A program made the translations under genes and the position numbers. Shown one piece after another: positions 29,124-37,584 of a stretch of 53,938 nt of DNA. Every line of letters begins with the position of its first letter. The first letter of the stretch is position 1. The DNA comes from Candidatus Sumerlaeaceae bacterium (GTDB taxonomy: Bacteria; Sumerlaeota; Sumerlaeia; Sumerlaeales; Sumerlaeaceae), in contig JBPCLP010000007.1 of NCBI GenBank assembly GCA_051003195.1, positions 1 through 53,938 of the forward strand, in the 5' to 3' direction. The notes beneath the pieces were generated by a model. That model did no database searches and was not told the origin of the DNA. It saw only the letters and a list, made by a program, of their open reading frames with translations.

Positions 29124-29639
29124 ATGCGCCTAACCAAGAAGATGCAGGATGCAATCAACGACCAGATCAACATGGAGTTTCTCTCCGCCTACAGCTATCT
29201 TGCGATGGCAGCATGGTGCGAACGGATGAGCTTCCGGGGCAGCGCCGCCTGGTTGCGTGCGCAAAGTATCGAGGAGCGTGGCCACGCAATGCGGCTCTTC
29301 GAGTTCCTGGTAGATCGCGGTGCTGTCATTGAGCTGAAAGCGATTCCCGGCCAGCAGACGGAATGGCCGTCCCTGCATGGAGTTTTCGAACAGGCTCTCA
29401 AAAACGAGGAGCTCGTAAGCGAAAGCATCAATCGCCTCTACGAGCTCTCCATTAACGAAAAGGCGTTCGCCACGGCGGCTGAGCTGCAGTGGTTCCTCAC
29501 CGAGCAGGTGGAAGAAGAGAAAACCGCGCGGGACATCGTTGCCAAGTTTCACCTCATCGGCAACGACCCCTCCGCCATGCTCGACCTCGACCGCGAACTT
29601 GCTTCACGTACTGCAGGGGGGGCTAAGGGCGGCCATTAG
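29124..29639 (+). CDS. ftnA: Non-heme ferritin
   Basis: INDQINMEFLSAYSYLAM, QSIEERGHAM, LQWFLTEQVEEE. Confidence 0.95.
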   Translation: MRLTKKMQDAINDQINMEFLSAYSYLAMAAWCERMSFRGSAAWLRAQSIEERGHAMRLFEFLVDRGAVIELKAIPGQQTEWPSLHGVFEQALKNEELVSESINRLYELSINEKAFATAAELQWFLTEQVEEEKTARDIVAKFHLIGNDPSAMLDLDRELASRTAGGAKGGH

Positions 29640-29679
29640 TGCAAATGCTCCGCCACCCCGTGGAGCATTTGATCGCATG

Positions 29680-29813
29680 CTCCTGACAAACAACCAGCAT
29701 TCCATATATACTTCGTGGTCCTCGGGCGCAAAGAAGACATCACTGCGCCGGTTGCCGCGGTGCGTTACGTCGTATGGTTCGTTGACCAGGACAATCCTTG
29801 CAAATCGTGCCAT
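29680..29813 (-). pseudogene. N-terminal remnant of a REP-associated tyrosine transposase (Y1/RAYT)
   Basis: MARFARIVLVNEPYDVTHRGNRRSDVFFAPEDHEVY matches the MARxxRxxxxGxPHHVTxRGNxRxxxF start; HUH motif and catalytic Tyr absent. Confidence 0.8.
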
Positions 29814-29916
29814 GGAGGTAGGATTGAGCAAGCGATACAAAGATGATGCAAAAACATTACACCCTAATTTTCTCTAATTTCCTGAATGGGATTCGACCGC
29901 ACCAAAGGCCTAAGGC

Positions 29917-30357
29917 ATGAACCGCGCACCCAGGTGGCATATTCGACTCGGTCTCTTGGCGATGGTCGGTGCCGGCACCGTTTCGAACGCGTGGGCGGGC
30001 CATGGGGGGGATAACCTCCTCCACGGGATATTCCTGGTTTTTTTCGTGCTTCCAGGTTCAATCCTTGCGGGGATCATCGGCGGATCAATCGGGTGGAAGG
30101 GCTCCCGCCGTTCGGAGCCTCCAGTCGCACCCTTCAAAGCCATCTTTTGGAAGGCGCTCGCGGGTTCGTTGAGCTTCATGCTGGTCGTCGGGATTCTGGC
30201 CTCTCCCGGCAAATGGCATTCCTGGGTTTTCATCGAGTCGATGCTCGCCTTTCTTTGCTCTGCTTTGCTGATTGGCGGGGTCATCGGAATTCTCATGTAT
30301 GGTCTATTCGCAATTGGATCACGCAGTTCTCCCGGAGATCGGAACAACCCGCGCTAA
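29917..30357 (+). CDS. Hypothetical membrane protein
   Basis: Signal-like N-terminus (AWA) and 3 hydrophobic helices. Confidence 0.6.
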   Translation: MNRAPRWHIRLGLLAMVGAGTVSNAWAGHGGDNLLHGIFLVFFVLPGSILAGIIGGSIGWKGSRRSEPPVAPFKAIFWKALAGSLSFMLVVGILASPGKWHSWVFIESMLAFLCSALLIGGVIGILMYGLFAIGSRSSPGDRNNPR

Positions 30358-30572
30358 ACAGGGCCGAATCCAGATCCAGATCGAAGAACGGATGGCGGGG
30401 ATTTAAACGATTAAAAGGGCAGGCTCACCGGAACCATGCCTGCAAAACTGCCTCCCGCCTGCGCTTGGTAAATCTCCCGGTCCTCAACAGACGGCTCCTT
30501 GCCACAAAGCGAAGGAGCCATCTGCCTATGCGCCATGAAACGAACAGTACCAAAACTGAAATCACGTCCATC

Positions 30573-30804
30573 CATGCGTGCAGCCGTTATACGGATTGAT
30601 GCTCAGGCTAAAACCGACGTCCGGGCTGTCGTTCTTCGTCAGGATCGTGCGGCTGGCCATTCGCAGATGCTCGGTCTGCGGCGGTAGGATCTCATCATCC
30701 GGCGCAAGCTCCGGATGCGCGTCCCGCTCCACCTCCAGCCGCTCGAAACGGTTCTTCGGGTTATGCGCCGTGCCTCGGCCGCGAATGCTGGTTAGATTTT
30801 CCAT
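30573..30804 (-). pseudogene. 5' fragment of a PA0069-family radical SAM (SplB-like DNA repair) gene
   Basis: MENLTSIRGRGTAHNPKNRFE...ILTKNDSPDVGFSLSINPYNGCTHG, broken inside the CxxxCxxC motif. Confidence 0.85.
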
Positions 30805-30815
30805 CGGCTTCAATA

Positions 30816-30831
30816 CAGAACATATGTTCTG
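30816..30831. promoter_or_regulatory. Putative LexA (GAAC-N4-GTTC) SOS box
   Basis: Perfect palindrome CAGAACATATGTTCTG ending 11 bp before the ATG of the radical SAM fragment. Confidence 0.7.
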
Positions 30832-31104
30832 CAATTAACAAGCCAAAAGTGACCGTGAATCGAATGTTTCAAGCTCGCTGGATTGGCTGCATGCATCGCG
30901 GAGGCAGGCTCGACTTTTGCAGCTAAGCATATGCTGTTGGTTGCTTATTACAACTTTCAGTTGACCGCGTCGGATTATTGATCCATAATGTTTTAAATCC
31001 TTGGGCACAGCGTGCGGCGACACCCCCCGCGCTGCGATCTTGGCTGTACCGCAACCGATCAACCCTGCCACGAGCAGGCATTTTGCACCTAAGGGTCCCC
31101 GAGT

Positions 31105-32937
31105 TTGACTCACCTTTTTTCTTTTTCAGCCGTACATGTTCGTACCATCAAGCATGTGTGCGCAGCGGGGCTCGCGAGGGTTGCCCGCACTGCCGCAGTC
31201 GTCCCTGCCATCCTGCGAAGCGATCGGGTAAGGCAGGCGTTTGCTGCGGGCCTGCTCGTAGCCGCTGCGTTGGCGACAACTCCGGCCTCGGCGCAGAACC
31301 TGGCATGGATGAAGGGAAGCAACTCACCTGACCAGGCGGGCACCTATGGCACCCAAGGCGCTGCCGCCGCGGAGAACACTCCTGGCGCACGCGAAGGCTC
31401 TGTCTCCTGGGCGGACGCTTCCGGCAACCTCTGGCTGTTTGGCGGCTACGGCTACAACGCCGCCGGGGTTCAGGGCCGCCTGAACGACCTATGGAAGTAC
31501 GACGTGGCGAGCGGGAACTGGACTTGGATGAAGGGAAGCAACGCAGTGGAGCAGGTGGGCACCTACGGCACGCAGGGCACGGCGGACGCCGTGAACTCGC
31601 CCGGGGCGCGCCAAGGCTCTGTCTCATGGACGGACACCGCGGGCGCCCTCTGGCTGTTCGGCGGCTTTGGCTCCGGCGCAGCGTCTCTGGGAAATCTGAA
31701 CGACCTGTGGAAGTACGACGTGGCGAGCGGTAACTGGACCTGGATGAAGGGAAGCAACGCAGTGGAGCAGGTGGGCACCTACGGCACGCAAGGCACAGCG
31801 GCCGCCGCGAACACCCCCGGCGCTCGCAATGCCTCCGTCTCCTGGACCGACGCCTCGGGCATCCTCTGGCTCTGTGGCGGCTACGGCAAAGGCGTTTTCG
31901 GGGTTGATGGAGCCCTGAACGACCTGTGGAAGTACGACGTGGCGAGCGGCAACTGGACCTGGATTAAGGGCAGTATGTTCCTTGATGAGGCGGGTATCTA
32001 CGGCACTCAAGGCACGGCGGACCCCGCCAACACGCCCGGCGCCCGCTATGGCTCCGTCTCCTGGACGGACGCCTCGGGCAACCTCTGGCTCTTTGGCGGC
32101 TATGGCTACGGCACCACCGCGTCTCAGGGACGTCTGAACGACCTGTGGAAGTACGACGTGGCGAGCGGCAACTGGACTTGGATGAAGGGAAGCACCGTCA
32201 TTGATCAGGTGGGCACCTACGGGACGCAGGGCACGGCAGCCCCCGCGAACACCCCCGGCACACGCCAATACCCCGTCTCCTGGACCGATGCCTCGGGCAA
32301 CTTCTGGCTGTTTGGCGGCTCCGGCTACGGCGCCACCGCGTCTTTTGGATACCCGAACGACCTGTGGAAGTACGACGTGGCGAGCGGCAACTGGACCTGG
32401 ATGAAGGGAAGCAATGTCATTAACCAGGCGGGCACCTACGGGACGCAGGGCACGGCGGCGGTCACGAATATTCCTGGCGGGCGGGAGGCATCAACCGGGC
32501 GCCGAGGCCCGGCAAATACCCTCTACCTCTTCGGCGGCTACGGCAACGGCGCGGCCGCATTTCAGGGCGGCCTGAACGATCTGTGGGCTATCTACCTGAA
32601 CCCAAGCGTCTCGGGCGCCCCGGTCATTTCCTCGATCGCCTTCAACAGCCCCAGCACCTTGGACGTAACCTACAACGAAGCAATGCCCGGCTCTGCGCTG
32701 CTTGCCTCCAACTACACGCTCTCGGGTCCCGAGATGGGCACCCTCGCAGCGCAGCCGGACTCGGTCACATGGATCAGCGGCAACACCTACCGCCTGACTT
32801 GGAACACCGGAAGCAACACGGGCGATCATGTCACCATTACTGTTCCATCAACCATGACCGACGTAACCGGCGAGGCGTTTGGCGCCAACGGCAGCTACAC
32901 GCTCCCAGTGTCGCTCAGCAGGTTCAGCATCGATTAA
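31105..32937 (+). CDS. Secreted Kelch/galactose-oxidase-like beta-propeller repeat protein with Ig-like tail and PVSLSRFSID C-terminus
   Basis: Six 72-73 aa repeats (WMKGS..GTYGTQG..NTPGAR..SW.D.SGNLWLFGG.G..LNDLWKYD); signal peptide ending ASA-Q; true start probably downstream of 31105. Confidence 0.85.
   Translation: MTHLFSFSAVHVRTIKHVCAAGLARVARTAAVVPAILRSDRVRQAFAAGLLVAAALATTPASAQNLAWMKGSNSPDQAGTYGTQGAAAAENTPGAREGSVSWADASGNLWLFGGYGYNAAGVQGRLNDLWKYDVASGNWTWMKGSNAVEQVGTYGTQGTADAVNSPGARQGSVSWTDTAGALWLFGGFGSGAASLGNLNDLWKYDVASGNWTWMKGSNAVEQVGTYGTQGTAAAANTPGARNASVSWTDASGILWLCGGYGKGVFGVDGALNDLWKYDVASGNWTWIKGSMFLDEAGIYGTQGTADPANTPGARYGSVSWTDASGNLWLFGGYGYGTTASQGRLNDLWKYDVASGNWTWMKGSTVIDQVGTYGTQGTAAPANTPGTRQYPVSWTDASGNFWLFGGSGYGATASFGYPNDLWKYDVASGNWTWMKGSNVINQAGTYGTQGTAAVTNIPGGREASTGRRGPANTLYLFGGYGNGAAAFQGGLNDLWAIYLNPSVSGAPVISSIAFNSPSTLDVTYNEAMPGSALLASNYTLSGPEMGTLAAQPDSVTWISGNTYRLTWNTGSNTGDHVTITVPSTMTDVTGEAFGANGSYTLPVSLSRFSID
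31297..32598 (+). repeat. Intragenic tandem repeat, six units of 216-219 bp
   Basis: Units begin at 31297, 31516, 31732, 31951, 32170 and 32389; near-identical gacctgtggaagtacgacgtggcgagcgg blocks. Confidence 0.9.
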
Positions 32938-32971
32938 TCAAACGCGACATCGCTAAGCATAGGTGCATCTC

Positions 32972-33005
32972 AGCTTCTCCGCCAGTAATGGCAGAGGAGC
33001 TTTTT
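32972..33005 (+). terminator. Intrinsic terminator after the Kelch gene
   Basis: AGCTTCTCCGCCA-GTAA-TGGCAGAGGAGCT followed by TTTT. Confidence 0.7.
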
Positions 33006-33026
33006 AGCAGCAGGTCTCGCGCGTTG

Positions 33027-33168
33027 CCGGAGATTGCGCCGGATGACGAGATTCTGCCGCCGCAGACCGAGCATCTGCGGATGGCCAGCAAGAGGATCCT
33101 GACGAAGAATGATTTCCCGGGTGTGGGGTTTAGTCTGAGCATCAACCCGTATAACGGCTGCACGCATG
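33027..33168 (+). pseudogene. Second internal fragment of the PA0069-family radical SAM gene (inverted repeat of 30573-30714)
   Basis: PEIAPDDEILPPQTEHLRMASKRILTKNDFPGVGFSLSINPYNGCTH; 123/142 nt identical to the left copy by manual alignment. Confidence 0.85.
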
Positions 33169-33281
33169 ATTCTCCACCATATAGCGTAGAACACAAGTGC
33201 TATACCGCAGGCAACTGAATTCACTAGGTAAGATGCTTGATGTCGACAATGCGGCCACTGCAATTGGGCATCGGGCGGACA

Positions 33282-33782
33282 ATGTTGGAATCAAAACGTC
33301 ATAAGCGCACTAAAAACCGCAACATAGCTGGAAGCGGAAAAGTTCAACGAGAGCCCATCGTGATTTCGCTTGGCGACAGGCAAGCCGGTGCGGGCGTACT
33401 GAATTGCCTGATCACAAGCGCAAGCACGGGCGGGCAATATTGCGCTTTCGAAGTCATCACCGGGCCTGGAGAAGGCGTGCCTCTTCATATTCACGGCCGT
33501 GAGGATGAGGTTTATTATATCCTGGAAGGGGCGTACGAGATCCAGTGCGGTGAAAAGGTTTTCCGGGCCGAAGTTGGTACGATGGCTGTTCTCCCGCGTA
33601 ATGTCCCTCATAGTTTTCGCAATCCCGGAACCATAGCGAGCCGCGCTTTGAACCTTTTCATCCCCGGGGGATTTGACGAATTCGTGCAGGAACTGAACGA
33701 ACTCGCACCTGCGGAGATTTCTCAGGAGCAGCACAAAGATAGGATCAGGCGCAAATACGGGATTCAGATGCTGGGGCCTTGA
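33282..33782 (+). CDS. Cupin domain protein (quercetin dioxygenase-like)
   Basis: PLHIHGREDEVYYILEG, LPRNVPHSFRN, PGGFDEF; start uncertain. Confidence 0.88.
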   Translation: MLESKRHKRTKNRNIAGSGKVQREPIVISLGDRQAGAGVLNCLITSASTGGQYCAFEVITGPGEGVPLHIHGREDEVYYILEGAYEIQCGEKVFRAEVGTMAVLPRNVPHSFRNPGTIASRALNLFIPGGFDEFVQELNELAPAEISQEQHKDRIRRKYGIQMLGP

Positions 33783-33834
33783 TCCTCGGGATAACGCCGC
33801 TCTGTCAGAGTTTTAACGCCGAAAGGAAGACTTC

Positions 33835-34308
33835 GTGCAACTTTATGAGACGCATTTGCCGGTCACGAGCACCGAAGCCTCAGCGAAATTCTACATCGAT
33901 ATAGTGGGCTTGGAATTCGGATATCGCGCGCCGACGCGTGATGCCGTGTTCCTGTTTTTTGATAGTAATAAAAAATCCATGCTGGGATTGTGGGGTCCCA
34001 CAACTGCCCAGGGCGCAAATCTGCATCCTTGTCACTTCGCGATCGCAATTCCGCTGGCGGATCTTCTCACCATCGGGAGCCGACTTAATAGCCTGGGAAT
34101 TACGACCCGTGATTTTGAAGGCAGGGAAACGGCGAAACCTTCCGTAATCGGCTGGATGCCCTCGGCACAGATTTATTTCCTGGATCCGGATGGTAACTCG
34201 GTAGAGTTCATAACTATGCTCGATAACGCACCAGACCCAAGTTTTTACGGTTCGCTCTCGACGTGGCTTTCCGGAGGATGCAGTAGCGAATCTTCCGCTG
34301 ATCCTTGA
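33835..34308 (+). CDS. VOC/glyoxalase family protein
   Basis: LYETHLPV, FYIDIVGL, HFAIA, IYFLDPDGNSVEF; GTG start after AAGGA. Confidence 0.88.
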   Translation: MQLYETHLPVTSTEASAKFYIDIVGLEFGYRAPTRDAVFLFFDSNKKSMLGLWGPTTAQGANLHPCHFAIAIPLADLLTIGSRLNSLGITTRDFEGRETAKPSVIGWMPSAQIYFLDPDGNSVEFITMLDNAPDPSFYGSLSTWLSGGCSSESSADP

Positions 34309-34387
34309 GTTCCATATCGAAACTTGTAATTCAGCGGGATAGGGATTCTTGTTGTCTTGTCATGGCCGCGTTGTGAAACGATGAGCC

Positions 34388-35281
34388 ATGGGACTTTCGA
34401 CGAGATGGGTTCTCCTGGTGGGAGGTGCAGTTTTGCTGGGTACCGGCTATTTTGGGGGATACATGACGGCGACCAATGATGGGCAGAGGAAGTTTAATCG
34501 AAGCCACTCCTACATGAACACCTACGAAGTGCAGGAGATGGTCAAGTCGATGGAGGACCTGCGCGCTGCCGAGAAGGACCGTGGGCTATACCGACTCGAT
34601 CGGCTGATGCTGCATAAACTCGATGGCCTGACTTACGACAATCCGGCGCCGGATTATGATGCAAAACGGGTGACGGCCTATTTCGAACGGGTGTATGGGG
34701 AGCCGGGTCTGAATGGTGACAGACAAATCTCGCAGGCCTTGGTACAGCGGCTGGAAACTGGGTTGCGGCCGCCGGCGATGCAGTTGGCTGCCGGGGACGC
34801 CGCGCCCGATTTTGAACTCACCACCGCAGACGGGACGCAGTTTCAGCTGTCGGAGCGTAAAGGCCGCGTAGTACTCCTGACCTTTTTCGCCACTTGGTGT
34901 GCAGGATGTGTCGAGGAGCTCGATCATTGGAAAATGGAAGCGGCTGGATTGTTTGATCACGAGGGCATGGACGTGCTGGTAATCGGTGTTGATGACAAGG
35001 AAAGTGCGGCGAAATTGCTCCAGTTCGCTGAGCGTCGAGCGTATTCGTTCAAGTTCGCTCAGGACACAATGGAATCGAATGTTTTCGGGAAGTATGCGCG
35101 GAAGCACAACATTAGTGGCGAAGTGATTCGCAGTATCCCGCTAACGGTGTTGATTGATAAAGAGGGGAAGACGATTGAGATTTATGAGGGGTTTACCCAG
35201 AAAGAGTATGACCGTCTAAAGACGAACATCAAAGAGGCTCTCGGGTCGCCTCCGGGGCACTTGCGCGCAACCGGCCCCTGA
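34388..35281 (+). CDS. Membrane-anchored TlpA/ResA-like thioredoxin-fold protein
   Basis: N-terminal TM; GDAAPDFEL, FFATWCAGCVEE, SIPLTVLIDKEG. Confidence 0.85.
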   Translation: MGLSTRWVLLVGGAVLLGTGYFGGYMTATNDGQRKFNRSHSYMNTYEVQEMVKSMEDLRAAEKDRGLYRLDRLMLHKLDGLTYDNPAPDYDAKRVTAYFERVYGEPGLNGDRQISQALVQRLETGLRPPAMQLAAGDAAPDFELTTADGTQFQLSERKGRVVLLTFFATWCAGCVEELDHWKMEAAGLFDHEGMDVLVIGVDDKESAAKLLQFAERRAYSFKFAQDTMESNVFGKYARKHNISGEVIRSIPLTVLIDKEGKTIEIYEGFTQKEYDRLKTNIKEALGSPPGHLRATGP

Positions 35282-35372
35282 GTGCTCGACGTGATCCCGG
35301 ACGATCAAAGCGAGGGCACAATCAGTCTGAATTTCAGGCTCGGGCGTCCACGCCAGTTTCTCGAAACGCTTC

Positions 35373-35755
35373 CAGTGTGCCGTCCCAGAAATTCGCCGCA
35401 GAATTCCGTCGGAATCTTTTTGCACCGAAGGTGCCGCGGTCACACAATATCGCGGCATAATTCCGGGATTCCGGCTTTTTGGAATCCGCAGCTCCACAGG
35501 CTTTTTGCACCGAAGGTGCAGCGGAACAGAGCCCAGGGTAAGGAGGCCACGGCTTTTTGTGGCCGACGCAGCCCTGGGATATCGATAAAATTACATCGCG
35601 CCCTGAATGGGCGCCGCAAAGCGCGCAAATTTTTATTACGAATCTCTTGGGCACCACACCAGTGTGCCGTCCCCGAAGTTGATAGCTATACTCCAGGAAG
35701 CTTTCGAGCTTGGACGGCACACAAAACCAGTGAACGAATTAGCGGGACCTAACTG
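35373..35755. repeat. Tandem long (35373-35661, REP-hairpin containing) plus short type A (35660-35755) MITE-like repeats
   Basis: Both begin CAGTGTGCCGTCCC; two TGCACCGAAGGTGC hairpins; GCCCAGGG..GGCCAC/GTGGCC..CCCTGGG; GGGCACCACAC right end. Confidence 0.8.
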
Positions 35756-35872
35756 GGGTTACCTGGGTTTCCCGCCGGCGAGAATTTGGCTGCAATTCAA
35801 ATAGATCCCAGGCGTCTAGAATTAAGTATTGCACCTGCATGTTTAGACGCGTTCAACTACCACAGTTGTAAT

Positions 35873-37060
35873 ATGGTAGACAACTCCCCCAAATCCGCGC
35901 CACAGCCCGATGATGAGCTTCGTCGCGCGCAAAAGGAACTTTTGGACTTTGTCGAGACCGCTCGGATCGGGTTGCACTGGGTCGGACCGGACGGCACCAT
36001 ATTATGGGCGAATCCGGCTGAGCTTCAGTTGCTTGGTTATTCCCGCGAGGAATACATCGGCCGTCACATCGCCGAATTCCACGCCGACGCCCCCGTAATC
36101 GACGATATACTGCACCGTCTCACCGGCGACGAGATTTTGTGCGAATACCCCGCGCGCCTGGTATGCAAAGATGGCTCGATTCGCGATGTGCTGATCGACT
36201 CGAGCGTCTACCGCGTCGACGGTGCGTTTATCCATACCCGGTGCTTTACGCGGGACATCACCGAACAGCGCAGAGCTGAGAAGAAGCTGGAAGCCACCCT
36301 TCAGGAACTGATGGAAGCCCGCGATGTTGCAGAGCAGGCCAATTTAGCCAAAAGCCAATTCCTGGCAAATGTCAGCCACGAATTACGGACTCCACTCAAT
36401 GCCATCATCGGTTACGCCGAGCTTCTGCAAGAGGACAGCCAGGACCGAGGAGAACTGAAAGCCACCGAGGACCTGCAGAAGATCCTGTACGCAGGCAAAC
36501 ATCTCATGACCGTGATCGGCGACATTCTCGATCTGTCGCGTATCGAAGCAGGGAAACTCGAACTTAACCTCGAAGTCCTCAATGCCGCCGAAGTTGCAAA
36601 AGAAGCTGCCATGCTCGCCGCACCACTTGCCGAGCAGAATGGCAACGGCATCAATGTCGCCACCAGCGGCGATTGTCCGTACGTCCTCGCCGACTACACG
36701 CGGTTGCGGCAGGTGCTGTTTAATCTTTTGTCCAATGCTGCCAAGTTTACCACCGACGGTCAAATACGGATCGAGTGCCGTTTGGCAGATACCGACGATG
36801 AAGAGCTGGCCGAAATCTGCGTGACCGATAACGGGACCGGGATGAACGAGGAGCAGCTCAGCCAGCTGTTCGAGCCATTCGTGCAGCTCGACGCCTCGCC
36901 TGCACGTCGCCACGGCGGCACGGGCCTTGGTCTCGCCATCAGCAGGCGTCTGATGGATCTTATGTCAGGCAGTATCACCGTAACCAGCACTCCGGGCGAA
37001 GGAACAACATTCTGCGTGCGCCTGCCCGTTGCCTGTCCCGCTCCCCAGGAAGCCGGATGA
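35873..37060 (+). CDS. PAS-domain sensor histidine kinase (no cognate regulator nearby)
   Basis: PAS (WANPAELQLLGY), AKSQFLANVSHELRTPL H-box, NLLSNAAKFT, DNGTGM, GGTGLGL. Confidence 0.93.
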   Translation: MVDNSPKSAPQPDDELRRAQKELLDFVETARIGLHWVGPDGTILWANPAELQLLGYSREEYIGRHIAEFHADAPVIDDILHRLTGDEILCEYPARLVCKDGSIRDVLIDSSVYRVDGAFIHTRCFTRDITEQRRAEKKLEATLQELMEARDVAEQANLAKSQFLANVSHELRTPLNAIIGYAELLQEDSQDRGELKATEDLQKILYAGKHLMTVIGDILDLSRIEAGKLELNLEVLNAAEVAKEAAMLAAPLAEQNGNGINVATSGDCPYVLADYTRLRQVLFNLLSNAAKFTTDGQIRIECRLADTDDEELAEICVTDNGTGMNEEQLSQLFEPFVQLDASPARRHGGTGLGLAISRRLMDLMSGSITVTSTPGEGTTFCVRLPVACPAPQEAG

Positions 37061-37165
37061 AAAAAACACTGGTCACAGGCGCCAGCCGCCGTGTCGGCAG
37101 GGGCGCTGCCATCGGCCTGGCCGAAAGTGGTTTCGAAGCGTTTGCCACCGCACGCACCATCACAG
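37057..37165 (+). pseudogene. N-terminal remnant of a short-chain dehydrogenase/reductase
   Basis: MKKTLVTGASRRVGRGAAIGLAESG..FATARTI Rossmann start, after which similarity ends. Confidence 0.65.
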
Positions 37166-37584
37166 GTCCCTACCAGCACCAGGACCACAGCCGTATCGAG
37201 CAGCAATATGGATGCACCTGCCAGCGCCGAGATACGTTTTTGCGGCGCTAACACGGCAAGCACGACCCCTGCGCAGAGCCCAAAAATACTCCAGGCTAAG
37301 CTACCGTTCGCCTTTGGCTTCAATTTTCACCTGTCATGCGCTTAACAGACGAAACTCCTCCGTCTCACATTGACCAGTTGAATGCTCTTCGGCGTTTTTT
37401 AAAGTGGGCCGTAAAACTAAAAAACTTTCGGACGCTGTCCTCAAACGAGCCCGCCGCCCGTCGTCTCCGCGAAACATAAAAGCATGGAGAAAGGGAAATG
37501 TCAGAAGCAGAGGTAGTACTCGATAATACTACAAACTCATCGATCATCAGGCCGTCGGCCAACATCAAATCAGGAGGAAGTCGT

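Noticed and set aside
30573..33168. Diversity-generating retroelement TR/VR pair
   Set aside because: Mismatches are not adenine-specific, many are synonymous, and no reverse transcriptase is present
32583..33218. 211-aa ORF ending in radical SAM-like sequence
   Set aside because: An alternate frame of the Kelch gene running through its terminator into the second radical SAM fragment
29917..35281. Integron cassette array
   Set aside because: No recognisable RYYYAAC..GTTRRRY attC sites between genes and no integrase
35282..35804. ORFs over repeat clusters (also 48198-48392, 51390-51782)
   Set aside because: Translations of palindromic repeat DNA, not credible proteins
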